Shown piece after piece: positions 18,401-26,717 of a stretch of DNA of 64,000 nt. Within the stretch, counting starts at the first letter, position 1; each line of letters begins with the position of its first letter. This stretch comes from Planctomycetota bacterium (GTDB lineage: Bacteria > Planctomycetota > UBA8108 > UBA1146): NCBI GenBank assembly GCA_012960845.1, contig DUAN01000189.1, forward strand, positions 2,942-66,941. Direction: 5' to 3'. The translations under genes were made by a program, and so were the position numbers. The notes beneath the pieces are model-generated. The model saw only the letters and a program-made list of their open reading frames with translations. It had not been told where the DNA came from and ran no database searches.

Positions 18401-21175
18401 ACCGACCGGACGACGATCGATCAGCAGCACCAGATCTCCCGGCCTGGTCGATCTCCAACCGGCAGAGATGTGGTACCAGGTATCATCGGCGAAGGTGGTA
18501 GTGGTGACCGAGTGTCGCACCTCAGCTGCTGGAAGCACCTTGCTATCCCATGCAACTGCGGAACCGGTCTCATCAAAGACTTGCAGTACCAACTCCTGTG
18601 TATCCCCGGAGAAGAACAATCTCACACGATCGCGATAGCGATCCAGAGTCGGGCCTACCGAGTCAAAAATGATGCGATTGCCACTGCGCGATCCCCAGCG
18701 CGGGCGATACCAGAAATCGACCATTGCAGGAACTGTCGAAAGAGCGTCGTTGTTGGCACCCTGATCCGGCGTCAATTCGATTTGCGGCTCTCGCAATCCC
18801 CGCCCCCTGCGACCACCGCCTTGAGTCGGGTCAGCTTCTTGCTGTAGAAGAATTGAGCGCTTCCACGAACCATCTTCCAGTTCGTATCCTTCGATGGTCT
18901 CGTTGAAATGCTCGACCTCGAGCAAGCCCACCGCTCCGAATCCGTAGTTTCCAGAATCTCGATCGTAGGCGATGGTCTCCCCACGAAGAGTTCCCTCATC
19001 GAGAGAGGGACCGGTGAACTTTCGACGGTTGAGGGGGATCGGCCCACTGACCACAAGGTTCGACGCCCTACCGGGAACGAAAGTCGTATTGAAACGAGAA
19101 AAGCGCCCCCCTCCCGGATCCCGTGTGGCATAGATGGAAGCCCAATCCTGCTGAGTTTCTAGCCTCAATGAGAGCGGATCGGGAGGTGCGACCTCGATCA
19201 CTTCACGATACCGGACTGTCGCTTGCGGAGTACCCACAGGACTCCTGGCAACACCGGTAGACTCCACCGTGTAGATCTCCGATGTCGCATAGCAAAATCC
19301 AGTGGTAGAGATGGAGAGTCGTGGCTGATTTGGATTCAAGGCGTTGATGAGAATCGATTCTGAATCACCCCCATCGAGGACACCACTCAACTGAGCAGCT
19401 TCCACCACCTCACGAAAAGCAGCAAAACCAGAGATCGGCATCGCCTCCAGCAAGAGATCGGTCAACCCGCGAGCCTCTTTGACGGTCACTCCATTGAAGT
19501 TCTGCTCGAATCGATCGGTAGAGAGACCGGTCAATACCGCCTCGATGACTCTACGAGGGGCGGTGTTGATGTTGATGGGGTGCCTCAGTGCGGCACTGAC
19601 CATCGCCTCACGCTCAGCCCACTCGAATTTCAACGGCTCCTTGAGTATCACCCCGCCCTGGAAGATGGCTCCAGTTCCCATACCTCTGAATCCGCCCCGA
19701 GGAGTCGGGAACGCCCCGGCAGCAAGGCCGTACTCCACCTTGGAAGGATCATTGATACTACGAATCCGAACGACCGTCCCCGGATTGAAGAAGTCATATC
19801 GTGGAAGTCGCATCTGTGGCACTCCCAGCAGCGCACTATTGGTGATCTCGCCCTCGACCATCTGTTCCTGCGACCAAGCTCTTGGCTGAGTTGAGCTGGT
19901 AGTGATCAGGTCGCGGATCTGTTCAAACTCGAATGCCGAAAATGTTTCCATACCTGGGATATCGAATATTTCCTGGTAAGCGAGGATGGCACTGGGGAAG
20001 TAGGACTTGCCGCGTTTCTTGATCTTCTTCAGCTCTGGCGCGATGAAAGTCAAATACACACCTTTGAATGCATTCCCCCTGGCCTTGGTCAGACCAAACC
20101 CTTCGACCACCTCGGCCGCTTCGATCACTGCGGCTTTACCGCGAATCGACTCGAGCAGATCGACCACTTCCTTCGGGATATTATTATCGAGGAACAACTT
20201 TCGTGCCTTGCGATACTCTGCCTCGTCTACCTCCTCAGGCTCTTTCTGGAGCAAGGAAGGATCGATTCCAGCGCGCACCAGCATCTCGGTGGTCAGTCCC
20301 CAGTCCGCCATATTTTCAAAACTCAGGCCGACCACAGCAAGGGTCTGGAGGAAGTAAGGCACCACTGACCAATCGGCAATCTGGCGGATTCCAATCGGAG
20401 TACGAAAAGTGGCGATGTCTCCGTCCGAAAGGTTGGCGAGTCGGTGCAAGAATACCTTCAAGCCGCGCAGATCGAAGACCGGCCACCCTTTCTGGTGCTC
20501 CCATGTCCCCGACAAGTACTGCCCCCGGAAGATTCCGGTCAATGCCTTTTCGGTCTTGCCTGTGTAGGAGATCGCCTCGACAGTGAAGAAGAGCGGATTG
20601 AGGATCACGACCACACCATCCACCGTCTCCGGATCATCATCCGCAGGAAAGGACGAGGTGTCGTCGAGTGGCAATTCACCAATATCCGTTTCATAACTGA
20701 TCGCTTCTGAAAGGTGACTCCCGGCCAGCATGTTGCCGATGAGATTGGGCATCGCAGAGTTGATGTTGATCTTACCCTGCTCATCGGTCACCCGAGCATC
20801 GAGGATCACAGCAGAATCACCGCGCATCTGGAAGACCTCCGGCGCTGTGCCGACCACCGGCACGGAGGTGATCGTTGCGGGAAAATCGACCTTCAGTTCG
20901 TCGAGGCCGTCGATCAGATCTGGTGCCTCTGTACCGGGTCTCCACCGGTCTCGTTCACGACTGTGGTGGGTATCAAATAGTTTACTCAGAGCATGGCTCC
21001 TGGCACTTTGCGCTGCGAGACTCGCTCTTTGTTGCGCCAGTGATCGAGCGGCGCCTTTTTCCTGAAGTTTCATCGAGATCACGAATGGAGTGCCGATCGC
21101 GGCCAGGGCGGAAAGCACCAGGATCACCATCAACAGGGCCATTCCCCGCTCACGATACCGTATTAAATTATCCAC
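15434..21175 (-). CDS. Giant (1913 aa) GspK/PilX-like pseudopilin with LamG-like domain and repeated beta modules
   Basis: RERG|MALLMVILVLSAL (no Glu5, as in the K/X class); GspK signature DEQGKININ and a second ININTA; LamG-like VDFWYRP...WYHISAGW...LLID...GTLDEVRFS. Confidence 0.8.
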   Translation of the reverse strand: MDNLIRYRERGMALLMVILVLSALAAIGTPFVISMKLQEKGAARSLAQQRASLAAQSARSHALSKLFDTHHSRERDRWRPGTEAPDLIDGLDELKVDFPATITSVPVVGTAPEVFQMRGDSAVILDARVTDEQGKININSAMPNLIGNMLAGSHLSEAISYETDIGELPLDDTSSFPADDDPETVDGVVVILNPLFFTVEAISYTGKTEKALTGIFRGQYLSGTWEHQKGWPVFDLRGLKVFLHRLANLSDGDIATFRTPIGIRQIADWSVVPYFLQTLAVVGLSFENMADWGLTTEMLVRAGIDPSLLQKEPEEVDEAEYRKARKLFLDNNIPKEVVDLLESIRGKAAVIEAAEVVEGFGLTKARGNAFKGVYLTFIAPELKKIKKRGKSYFPSAILAYQEIFDIPGMETFSAFEFEQIRDLITTSSTQPRAWSQEQMVEGEITNSALLGVPQMRLPRYDFFNPGTVVRIRSINDPSKVEYGLAAGAFPTPRGGFRGMGTGAIFQGGVILKEPLKFEWAEREAMVSAALRHPININTAPRRVIEAVLTGLSTDRFEQNFNGVTVKEARGLTDLLLEAMPISGFAAFREVVEAAQLSGVLDGGDSESILINALNPNQPRLSISTTGFCYATSEIYTVESTGVARSPVGTPQATVRYREVIEVAPPDPLSLRLETQQDWASIYATRDPGGGRFSRFNTTFVPGRASNLVVSGPIPLNRRKFTGPSLDEGTLRGETIAYDRDSGNYGFGAVGLLEVEHFNETIEGYELEDGSWKRSILLQQEADPTQGGGRRGRGLREPQIELTPDQGANNDALSTVPAMVDFWYRPRWGSRSGNRIIFDSVGPTLDRYRDRVRLFFSGDTQELVLQVFDETGSAVAWDSKVLPAAEVRHSVTTTTFADDTWYHISAGWRSTRPGDLVLLIDRRPVGRQSWLSRLNGALSFSGNRVSIVDGDMATRFPPNGTLLVGSEAIDYSGREGASFIVRPPGPNGSPPIGRGVRGTVRSSHASGTPVRLLGYSLPLANSDPRRALTDSSNDIIIGPGGASLEIEVTPTMRVSAFNTSNGAVELTPATFSRASTQVPFSVGSPVTSTLELEPFAANSLSLLVQTNGSHPLELGFPPRGYLHIRQWTQQGTEPRRLVATEFAKYSSITPGPVPGLYRFTAMGRALLNSTATVGIITATSTTTLQVRGVSIESNATDLNQSYAPSGVIQIDYMPGSQSIGLLQDAEWIRYTQIAEGKFFICDPDQVDAFRGFTGDKYINTGDPFRRNRPLWDMNGIVRHAAGQEITQVVRAVGASAGFADEVILGDGYGDPTNRLREDTPLRVRKVRETDSGTYVSFYWPPEGIYRPGQDPRIRRFPSGGLPSSTNGEIRFGSSMISGDGIDAPGTLDEVRFSRLDSSDVETYAFPAASNGGFRTMAIQASPGLPSGVRTEVIQSGYSKQDSEQPGGVLDRIHLLARSKLTASAPQPQGPESGASLPTGGVRTFSKGDPRGFGLGKREGLFQVDDEVMHYTFDPGQVEPDVVIQLEQDLPRDPYLDENALGEGEVVPYDPNRDLRVEVVNSIQVDNTANLPPNGGFLEMISGPTNEVLYYEQASNGVLRNVLRGQLGSSVGGYVYQWSYTDAAGAVQVVTNTHRLRLIPSRIIDVMTRGMLATERTSNELGREPLVPLPSIPVARLAGQVAESGLTLEVMGPPGNEGGNRQLAGFPSGEGYLLVDDGIITTPDEIIAHTGAQGSSFGLFRDDRTGKGIFRGRFGTDFKVQPAGTPVIELLARHHDRYQPLVESKDLQYLERAWTMPGTMWDRIRWEVEQSRNRATAGSVRVLARFDGVPGWDSIPTNQPGGLYLFDDPADVNRLGQFGDALEIRIHYRHRKGAHGQTRQSGVWNDEWKHLPVLKTLGIEHRKEWRILHHEEYPY

Positions 21176-22562
21176 GGATCGCCCCCGTCATATCGATCAC
21201 GATGTTATGGAGGCGCAGAACCGACGTTCCATCGACATCGCCGATTCCGTAATGCATCCCTGGAGTCGAAGGAACCGGATTCTGCTCCTCTGCTTCCCCT
21301 GTGACAGCTTCAGGATCCACTTCCCAGTCCTCCAGATGTTTCATCAGATCCGAAATTGGATCCCCGAACGCCTGAGCAATCTCTTCATCTCGACTCGTCT
21401 GCTCCTGCCGCTCACGCTCGATACGATCCCTGAACCCTTCGCCGGCGACGGCTGTTCCATCGGCCGCTTCGATTTCGGAGAAATCACCCACTTCCGCCAC
21501 ATGAATCACAACGGGACGATTGTGTTGCAAGGGATCCAGAGCGCCTCGACCATCCAGATGGATCACGGTAGTGGGTCCCAGAATTTCGATGTCGATGGGC
21601 ATCTCCACGACCACCGGAGTGGTCGCCACACGGAGAACCACTTGATCGATGGCTCCCATGAAAAATCGATTGGGATGACTGATCCACAGGTCGGAATCAC
21701 TATGGGGGACAGCAGTGGGCAAAGGAGGCCATTGATCGATCACCACCTTTTCGAATCTCTCGGGCACCCAGGGCTGCTCGACGCCGTCGACTTCGATGAC
21801 CAGTTCAGTTCGGTCGAAGGTCGCTCTCAGGTGAACCCAGCGATCGGGAACCAGCGTAGAACCTTCCGTCTGTGCCCGGATGAACTCCCCTTCGCTGGCC
21901 CTCAGAGGGTCGCCGATCTCCATGTAGACAGCACCGTCCCCGAGGACTCCCATCTCGAAAGAGTTGGGGATTCCCAGAACTGCCATGCGCATTTCTCGTC
22001 GGGGATCGGAGAAGCCACCGTCGGGCTCGATACCAACCTCGGGAAGCCACGGTGGCTGCCAGAAATGAACCCACGCTTCGATGGAGACTCCATCTCGTCC
22101 ATCATAAATGGGAAGCCGCCGAACACGAAATGCAGCCCCATCGTCGAGGAACATCGCCCCTCTTCCGACGGAACCTGCGCAGGCTTCGACCCGTCCCACC
22201 AACTCCGCGGGTTGACGAAATGCCCCCACTGTCTTCGAGCCCGCGGGAAGCGGGATTTTTTCAGGAAGACCGTGAAAATCCTCGAATCCCCATGCTCCTG
22301 CGAGCTGGAATCCAAAGGCGCTCACTTTTCCTCGATCTGGATCGACCAGGATCCGGCTCGGCATCCCGGTAGAAATCGACCAGTTTCGAGCGGCGCGAAC
22401 CGTCGTCGAGATGCTGCTGGATGCGATCTCCAGCGATTGCGCCTCTCCAAATGACTGAAAAACGGAAATCGACAATCCCATCAAAACGGACAGGATCGAA
22501 AGAACCACCAGCAATTCCATCAGGGTCACACCGACCTCAGAATCGACTGCCTTCTTTACCAT
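21168..22562 (-). CDS. Minor pseudopilin, GspH/FimT-like, with LamG-like domain
   Basis: EVG|VTLMELLVVLSIL; helix ...VRAARNWSI; LamG-like SIEAWV...RWVHLRATFD...IEVDG...FMGAIDQV. Confidence 0.85.
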   Translation of the reverse strand: MVKKAVDSEVGVTLMELLVVLSILSVLMGLSISVFQSFGEAQSLEIASSSISTTVRAARNWSISTGMPSRILVDPDRGKVSAFGFQLAGAWGFEDFHGLPEKIPLPAGSKTVGAFRQPAELVGRVEACAGSVGRGAMFLDDGAAFRVRRLPIYDGRDGVSIEAWVHFWQPPWLPEVGIEPDGGFSDPRREMRMAVLGIPNSFEMGVLGDGAVYMEIGDPLRASEGEFIRAQTEGSTLVPDRWVHLRATFDRTELVIEVDGVEQPWVPERFEKVVIDQWPPLPTAVPHSDSDLWISHPNRFFMGAIDQVVLRVATTPVVVEMPIDIEILGPTTVIHLDGRGALDPLQHNRPVVIHVAEVGDFSEIEAADGTAVAGEGFRDRIERERQEQTSRDEEIAQAFGDPISDLMKHLEDWEVDPEAVTGEAEEQNPVPSTPGMHYGIGDVDGTSVLRLHNIVIDMTGAIRG

Positions 22563-23197
22563 GGCGCCACATCGTCCGAGTCTGCCGCCTCGTCAGAATG
22601 CATCTGGTGAATGCCATCGGGACCTGCAGACCAGATCTGAAATCTTAGCGGTTCGTGAAAGGTCGCAGTCTTCAGAGAAGTCCCCGCCTGGATCTTGACC
22701 GGTCCAGTTTCCTGGGTCACGGAGTATTCGATCCCGTAGTCTCGGTTGTGCATGTAGACGTAGGGAACACCCCAGGGGTCGACATACTCCCGCAACTGAT
22801 CATCTCCGAAGACCCATCGCATCTGCTGATACAGATCCGCGTTTCGCAGATGATCCTGATCGAGGTTTTCGAGAAACTCTTCCTTGAACTCAAAGTAACT
22901 TCGGCCCCTGGATCGACTGGCGAGATGGGCCACCAGACTCTCATTTCCCTCGTCGAGGCCGTTGCCAGAGATCTCGTATTCCTTCTCCATCGAACTGGGA
23001 GGGTAATCTCCAAAATCGAGTTGATAGGTCTCAACGCCCAGCACCAACCTCTGCATCTCCTGCTCGGCCAGTCCGATGGAACTACTCTTGATGGCGAAAC
23101 CGACCATCTTTGAACCGAGTCCAGCCAGAACACCGATGATGGCAATCACCACCAGCAACTCGACCAGGGTGAATCCAGCTCGTGGAGAAGAAGTCAT
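22556..23197 (-). CDS. Major pseudopilin, GspG-like
   Basis: RAG|FTLVELLVVIAIIGVLAG, ETYQLDFGDYP, DPWGVPYVY, IWSAGPDG, DDV (GspG C-terminal motifs). Confidence 0.88.
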   Translation of the reverse strand: MTSSPRAGFTLVELLVVIAIIGVLAGLGSKMVGFAIKSSSIGLAEQEMQRLVLGVETYQLDFGDYPPSSMEKEYEISGNGLDEGNESLVAHLASRSRGRSYFEFKEEFLENLDQDHLRNADLYQQMRWVFGDDQLREYVDPWGVPYVYMHNRDYGIEYSVTQETGPVKIQAGTSLKTATFHEPLRFQIWSAGPDGIHQMHSDEAADSDDVAPW

Positions 23198-25528
23198 CTA
23201 GTACTCCTGTTCCCGAACAGAGACCGCCTTGCGTCGAAAGACCTCGAACTCCTCGACCGCCAGCTTGTATCTCTCACCGAGCGGAGCCTGCCCTGAAAAA
23301 CCCGCCGTCAAACCAGACTTCCGGACAGGCCGATAGGAAATTTTTTGCGCCACAAGGATGCCGTCAAACCACAATTCCGCACCCTTCTTGCCGTCCCTGG
23401 TGAAGATGAACTCCAACTGGTGTGCCCGATCATCGAGATCCCAGGAGGTGGCAATTAATCCATAGTCTTCCGCCTGCTCAACATCGTCACTGCGCACCAT
23501 CTCGATCTCTTTGCCACCGAGAAGTGCGAAACCCAGAACGCCATCTGGATCACGGAAGAAGATCAGCCCTCCGCCCGATTGATCTTCGATGCGAAAAGCG
23601 ACCCTTGTGCCAGCCCCTGCGGACAACAACCGCAGTGTCGAACGAATGCCGGTCAAGCGTGGGGTTAGAACTTCTCGTTTCATAGTTGTCAGACGGTCCG
23701 GTTGGTGCTTCTGAACCCCATCCAGCACGGCCATTCCATCCTGGAGTGAAACGGAAACACCGAAGGCTTCCTCTTCTCGCCAGTTATTTTGCAGCGAGGA
23801 GTCCGCCTCCCTCTCGAAGTCATCGAACCAGTACTCTTCGCCAAGGGTTCGGTTAATTCTACGGAATGCCCGCAACGCCCAGCGCAAGGGAGCCGGAGAG
23901 TCCGGTGTCCAGGATTCGCGCAACTTTTCCGGGAACAGTTCGAGAGATTTCCCCAGAGCACGTCGAGCCCCCTGAAGATCTCCACTGGTGTGCAGAAATT
24001 CAGCGAGAGCATTCCAGCCATCGGGATTCTTTGGCTGTTCGATGGTCACGAGGGTGAGAGATTCTCGGGCCCGCTCGGGATCACCACCGGGCCCCCGTTG
24101 CGCCAGCCCAAGGCGAAGCATCACATCGGAGCCATCGAGCCCACTGGCGATGGCATACTCCAACCACCTTCTTGCTTCAGCCAGTTCCCCCAGGGAGAGT
24201 GCGTGATCCCCCAGTACCAGGGCACATTCAGCGAATGCTGCGGAGGACAATACGTCATGCCGCATCACCTTTTCGATCTCCGGGGTCGGATCCCAACCTG
24301 GCTCCAGTCGCATCCTCGCCTCGATGCTCAGTAACCGTGATTGCCAGGTGGCATCGGCCTGCAGCGCCGCTTCGAGATACAAGTCCACAGCGGCGCGCGA
24401 TTCCCCCCTCGACTCCAGCACATAGGCTTCCACCAGTCGCCAGTCCACCTCGACCTTGCTTCCCGAGGAAGCGGAAGACAGTAGGTCGAGAGCTTTTTCG
24501 AAATAACCCATCCGGGCAAAGGAGAGCGCAAAGGTAGTGGCAGCAATCGCATCGACACTACCTGCCCTGAAAGCCTTCTTGAAGTCGCTTTGCGCCAGGC
24601 TCAACTCATCATCGAGCAATCGTGCAGAACCTCGATAGAGATAACTTTGACCATCGTCACCACCAGCAACGATCAGGTCTTCAAACATCTGCTCGATCGA
24701 TTCCCGCGATTCCAACGACCCTGCGGCATAGTCGAGGACTGCCCAACGGATTTCTCGTTGCAAGACCTCGACGTCACTTCCACCACCGCCTTCACGCAGA
24801 CGGTTTGCTGCCTCTCTCGACTCAGCCGTTCGACCCAGAGAATCGAGAAGGACGACTAGTTTTTTCAGAGCGGCAGCGACGCGCGGGTCTGCCATTTCTC
24901 CTTCGCTGATCTGGGTGAGTAGAATGACTGCCGCTTCATGTTCGCCGATCTGGATCAACTGAGTCACCGCCAGTTCGACCAGACCATCCTGTTCGATCCC
25001 GGCCTGCACCCCACGAAGGAGAGTCTCGACCATCATCACAGCAGCCGCCATTTCCTGATCCCTGGTCTTGAACTGGCGAAGTTGAGTCTGTTGGTAGATC
25101 GGCATCAGCAGTAGATAAGGAGCGGGAGCTGCGGGATCCAGTCGTACCGATTCCTCCAGGTGGCTGACCCCTTGCTCCAATAGCCCCACACCGGGATCAA
25201 GGCACCACTGACCGATTTCAAACTGGGACTCAGAAGATGCAACATCGAAATCCCCCATCCGTCGCGCTTGATAGACCTTTTCCGGAGGATTCCGATACCT
25301 GATACTTTTGACTTCTGACATTTTGAAGGAGACCTTGCCCGCTGAAGTTTCAAACTGAATCAGTTCAGTCAACTCTGCGAGAATCGTGCCTTCGAACTGG
25401 TTGCCGTTGGTCAATTCGATCAGATCGAAAGCACGGATCTCCAGGTCGATGGCACTTTGGGCCTCGACCACGGACCAGGAAAAGAGCAGGAGGCTCAGCA
25501 GGACGATGCGGTTGTACTTGTTCATCAC
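23198..25528 (-). CDS. Secreted TPR-repeat protein with C-terminal beta-sandwich domain
   Basis: Signal peptide (VEA-Q); N-terminal DLIELTNGNQFEG module; many TPR-like helices (PKNPDGWNALAE); C-terminal WFDDFE...LWFDG beta domain; stop abuts the next start. Confidence 0.75.
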   Translation of the reverse strand: MMNKYNRIVLLSLLLFSWSVVEAQSAIDLEIRAFDLIELTNGNQFEGTILAELTELIQFETSAGKVSFKMSEVKSIRYRNPPEKVYQARRMGDFDVASSESQFEIGQWCLDPGVGLLEQGVSHLEESVRLDPAAPAPYLLLMPIYQQTQLRQFKTRDQEMAAAVMMVETLLRGVQAGIEQDGLVELAVTQLIQIGEHEAAVILLTQISEGEMADPRVAAALKKLVVLLDSLGRTAESREAANRLREGGGGSDVEVLQREIRWAVLDYAAGSLESRESIEQMFEDLIVAGGDDGQSYLYRGSARLLDDELSLAQSDFKKAFRAGSVDAIAATTFALSFARMGYFEKALDLLSSASSGSKVEVDWRLVEAYVLESRGESRAAVDLYLEAALQADATWQSRLLSIEARMRLEPGWDPTPEIEKVMRHDVLSSAAFAECALVLGDHALSLGELAEARRWLEYAIASGLDGSDVMLRLGLAQRGPGGDPERARESLTLVTIEQPKNPDGWNALAEFLHTSGDLQGARRALGKSLELFPEKLRESWTPDSPAPLRWALRAFRRINRTLGEEYWFDDFEREADSSLQNNWREEEAFGVSVSLQDGMAVLDGVQKHQPDRLTTMKREVLTPRLTGIRSTLRLLSAGAGTRVAFRIEDQSGGGLIFFRDPDGVLGFALLGGKEIEMVRSDDVEQAEDYGLIATSWDLDDRAHQLEFIFTRDGKKGAELWFDGILVAQKISYRPVRKSGLTAGFSGQAPLGERYKLAVEEFEVFRRKAVSVREQEY

Positions 25529-25911
25529 TGCGACTCCTCATCTTCATCGACTGCCACGGGTATCTTCAGTTCAGCTCGCAAGCGGGTTCTGGGGTCCCCG
25601 GAGACCAGTGCTGGCAGTGGGATTCTGCGCGGCACGGAGCTCACTGGAGGTTCCCCGAGTAAATCCGCCGGAGCAGGTTTCCAATCGCTGACACTGGCGA
25701 ATGGATTTCTGGCCGCCTCGATGGGAGCCGGCTCATACCACTCCAGCCTCACCAGCCCTCCGACAGTTCCTCCATCGCTCGATTCCGGTGTCCGCAGATC
25801 GACAGCCGCAAGTGGATCTTCCAGGATGTAAGTCTTTGCCAGTCCCAGAAGATTCAGCAGCAAAAATCCAAGACAGAGGACGCAGAATCCTTTTTCGATA
25901 TTCCAGCGCAT
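25525..25911 (-). CDS. Small bitopic protein, PilP/GspC-position accessory component
   Basis: N-terminal TM helix, RNPF motif and Pro-rich tail; overlaps both neighbours. Identity is inferred from gene order. Confidence 0.55.
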   Translation of the reverse strand: MRWNIEKGFCVLCLGFLLLNLLGLAKTYILEDPLAAVDLRTPESSDGGTVGGLVRLEWYEPAPIEAARNPFASVSDWKPAPADLLGEPPVSSVPRRIPLPALVSGDPRTRLRAELKIPVAVDEDEESQ

Positions 25912-26717
25912 CAGAACCCCCTCCTCGAACGGTCAGAACCCCTTCGAGTAGAACTCGACTCCACTCGGGGGTCTTCCATGTCGATCCCGACTACCGTCAA
26001 TTCCACTTCGATCTTGTCTCCACCAGATTTCTCAGGGATCACCCGGATCGGCTCCAGTGACAGGAATCCGCCATTTCTCTGGAAACGAAGCAGCATTTCT
26101 GCCAACTGTTCCGGCAAGCAGAGCATCTTGACCTGGAGGGGATAACGCGCGAGTACCTTGTCTGGATCTTGTAGCGCTTCCTGAATCCTCTTCGCCGGGT
26201 TCACGTCATCGAGACGCGCCACCCCGGTCTGAAGACAAACCCTGGTAAATCGATCGAGCACCTCCAGCAAGCGATATCGATCGGACCACTCCAGTAGAGA
26301 CAGGTCCGATCGCTCATCGAAATTCGGTATCTCAGCCGGCGTCACCATGCCAGCGCGATTGGCTTGGTTTCTGAAGTTGTTCCAGACCAGATCCTTGGCG
26401 CGCTTGAAGTCGGTACTGACAGATGCTTCATCGACCGATGGCTGGTGTACCGCAGAATAGGCAATGCCTAGTTTCTTGAGGAGATCCCGATTGCGCTCCT
26501 CGAGAGCGGTCCGGGATTTCCTCTCCACATCGACCACTCCTTCGAGCCCCTCGAGATCCTGAGCGACCAGTTGAGCATCCTCTTCATGACGAGCCAGGCT
26601 GATCTCATGCTCAGAGCGATAACCCCGGGTCACATTGGATATCACGAGAAAGATCGCCAGTGCGGAGAGAGCCTGGATCAAGACCTTACGATTTTTTTGC
26701 CAGATTTCCTGCATCAT
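25911..26717 (-). CDS. PilO/GspM-like bitopic alignment protein
   Basis: N-terminal TM, coiled coil, C-terminal ferredoxin-like pattern YPLQVKM...LAEMLLRF...IEVELTV; follows the PilM/N-like gene. Confidence 0.65.
   Translation of the reverse strand: MMQEIWQKNRKVLIQALSALAIFLVISNVTRGYRSEHEISLARHEEDAQLVAQDLEGLEGVVDVERKSRTALEERNRDLLKKLGIAYSAVHQPSVDEASVSTDFKRAKDLVWNNFRNQANRAGMVTPAEIPNFDERSDLSLLEWSDRYRLLEVLDRFTRVCLQTGVARLDDVNPAKRIQEALQDPDKVLARYPLQVKMLCLPEQLAEMLLRFQRNGGFLSLEPIRVIPEKSGGDKIEVELTVVGIDMEDPRVESSSTRRGSDRSRRGF

Noticed and set aside
21090-22454. 454-aa plus-strand ORF, and similar long ORFs 8961-9887, 9832-10872, 36697-37617, 38526-39425, 48783-49844, 54567-55532
   Set aside because: Antisense shadows of well-supported genes in a GC-rich genome; no motifs of their own.
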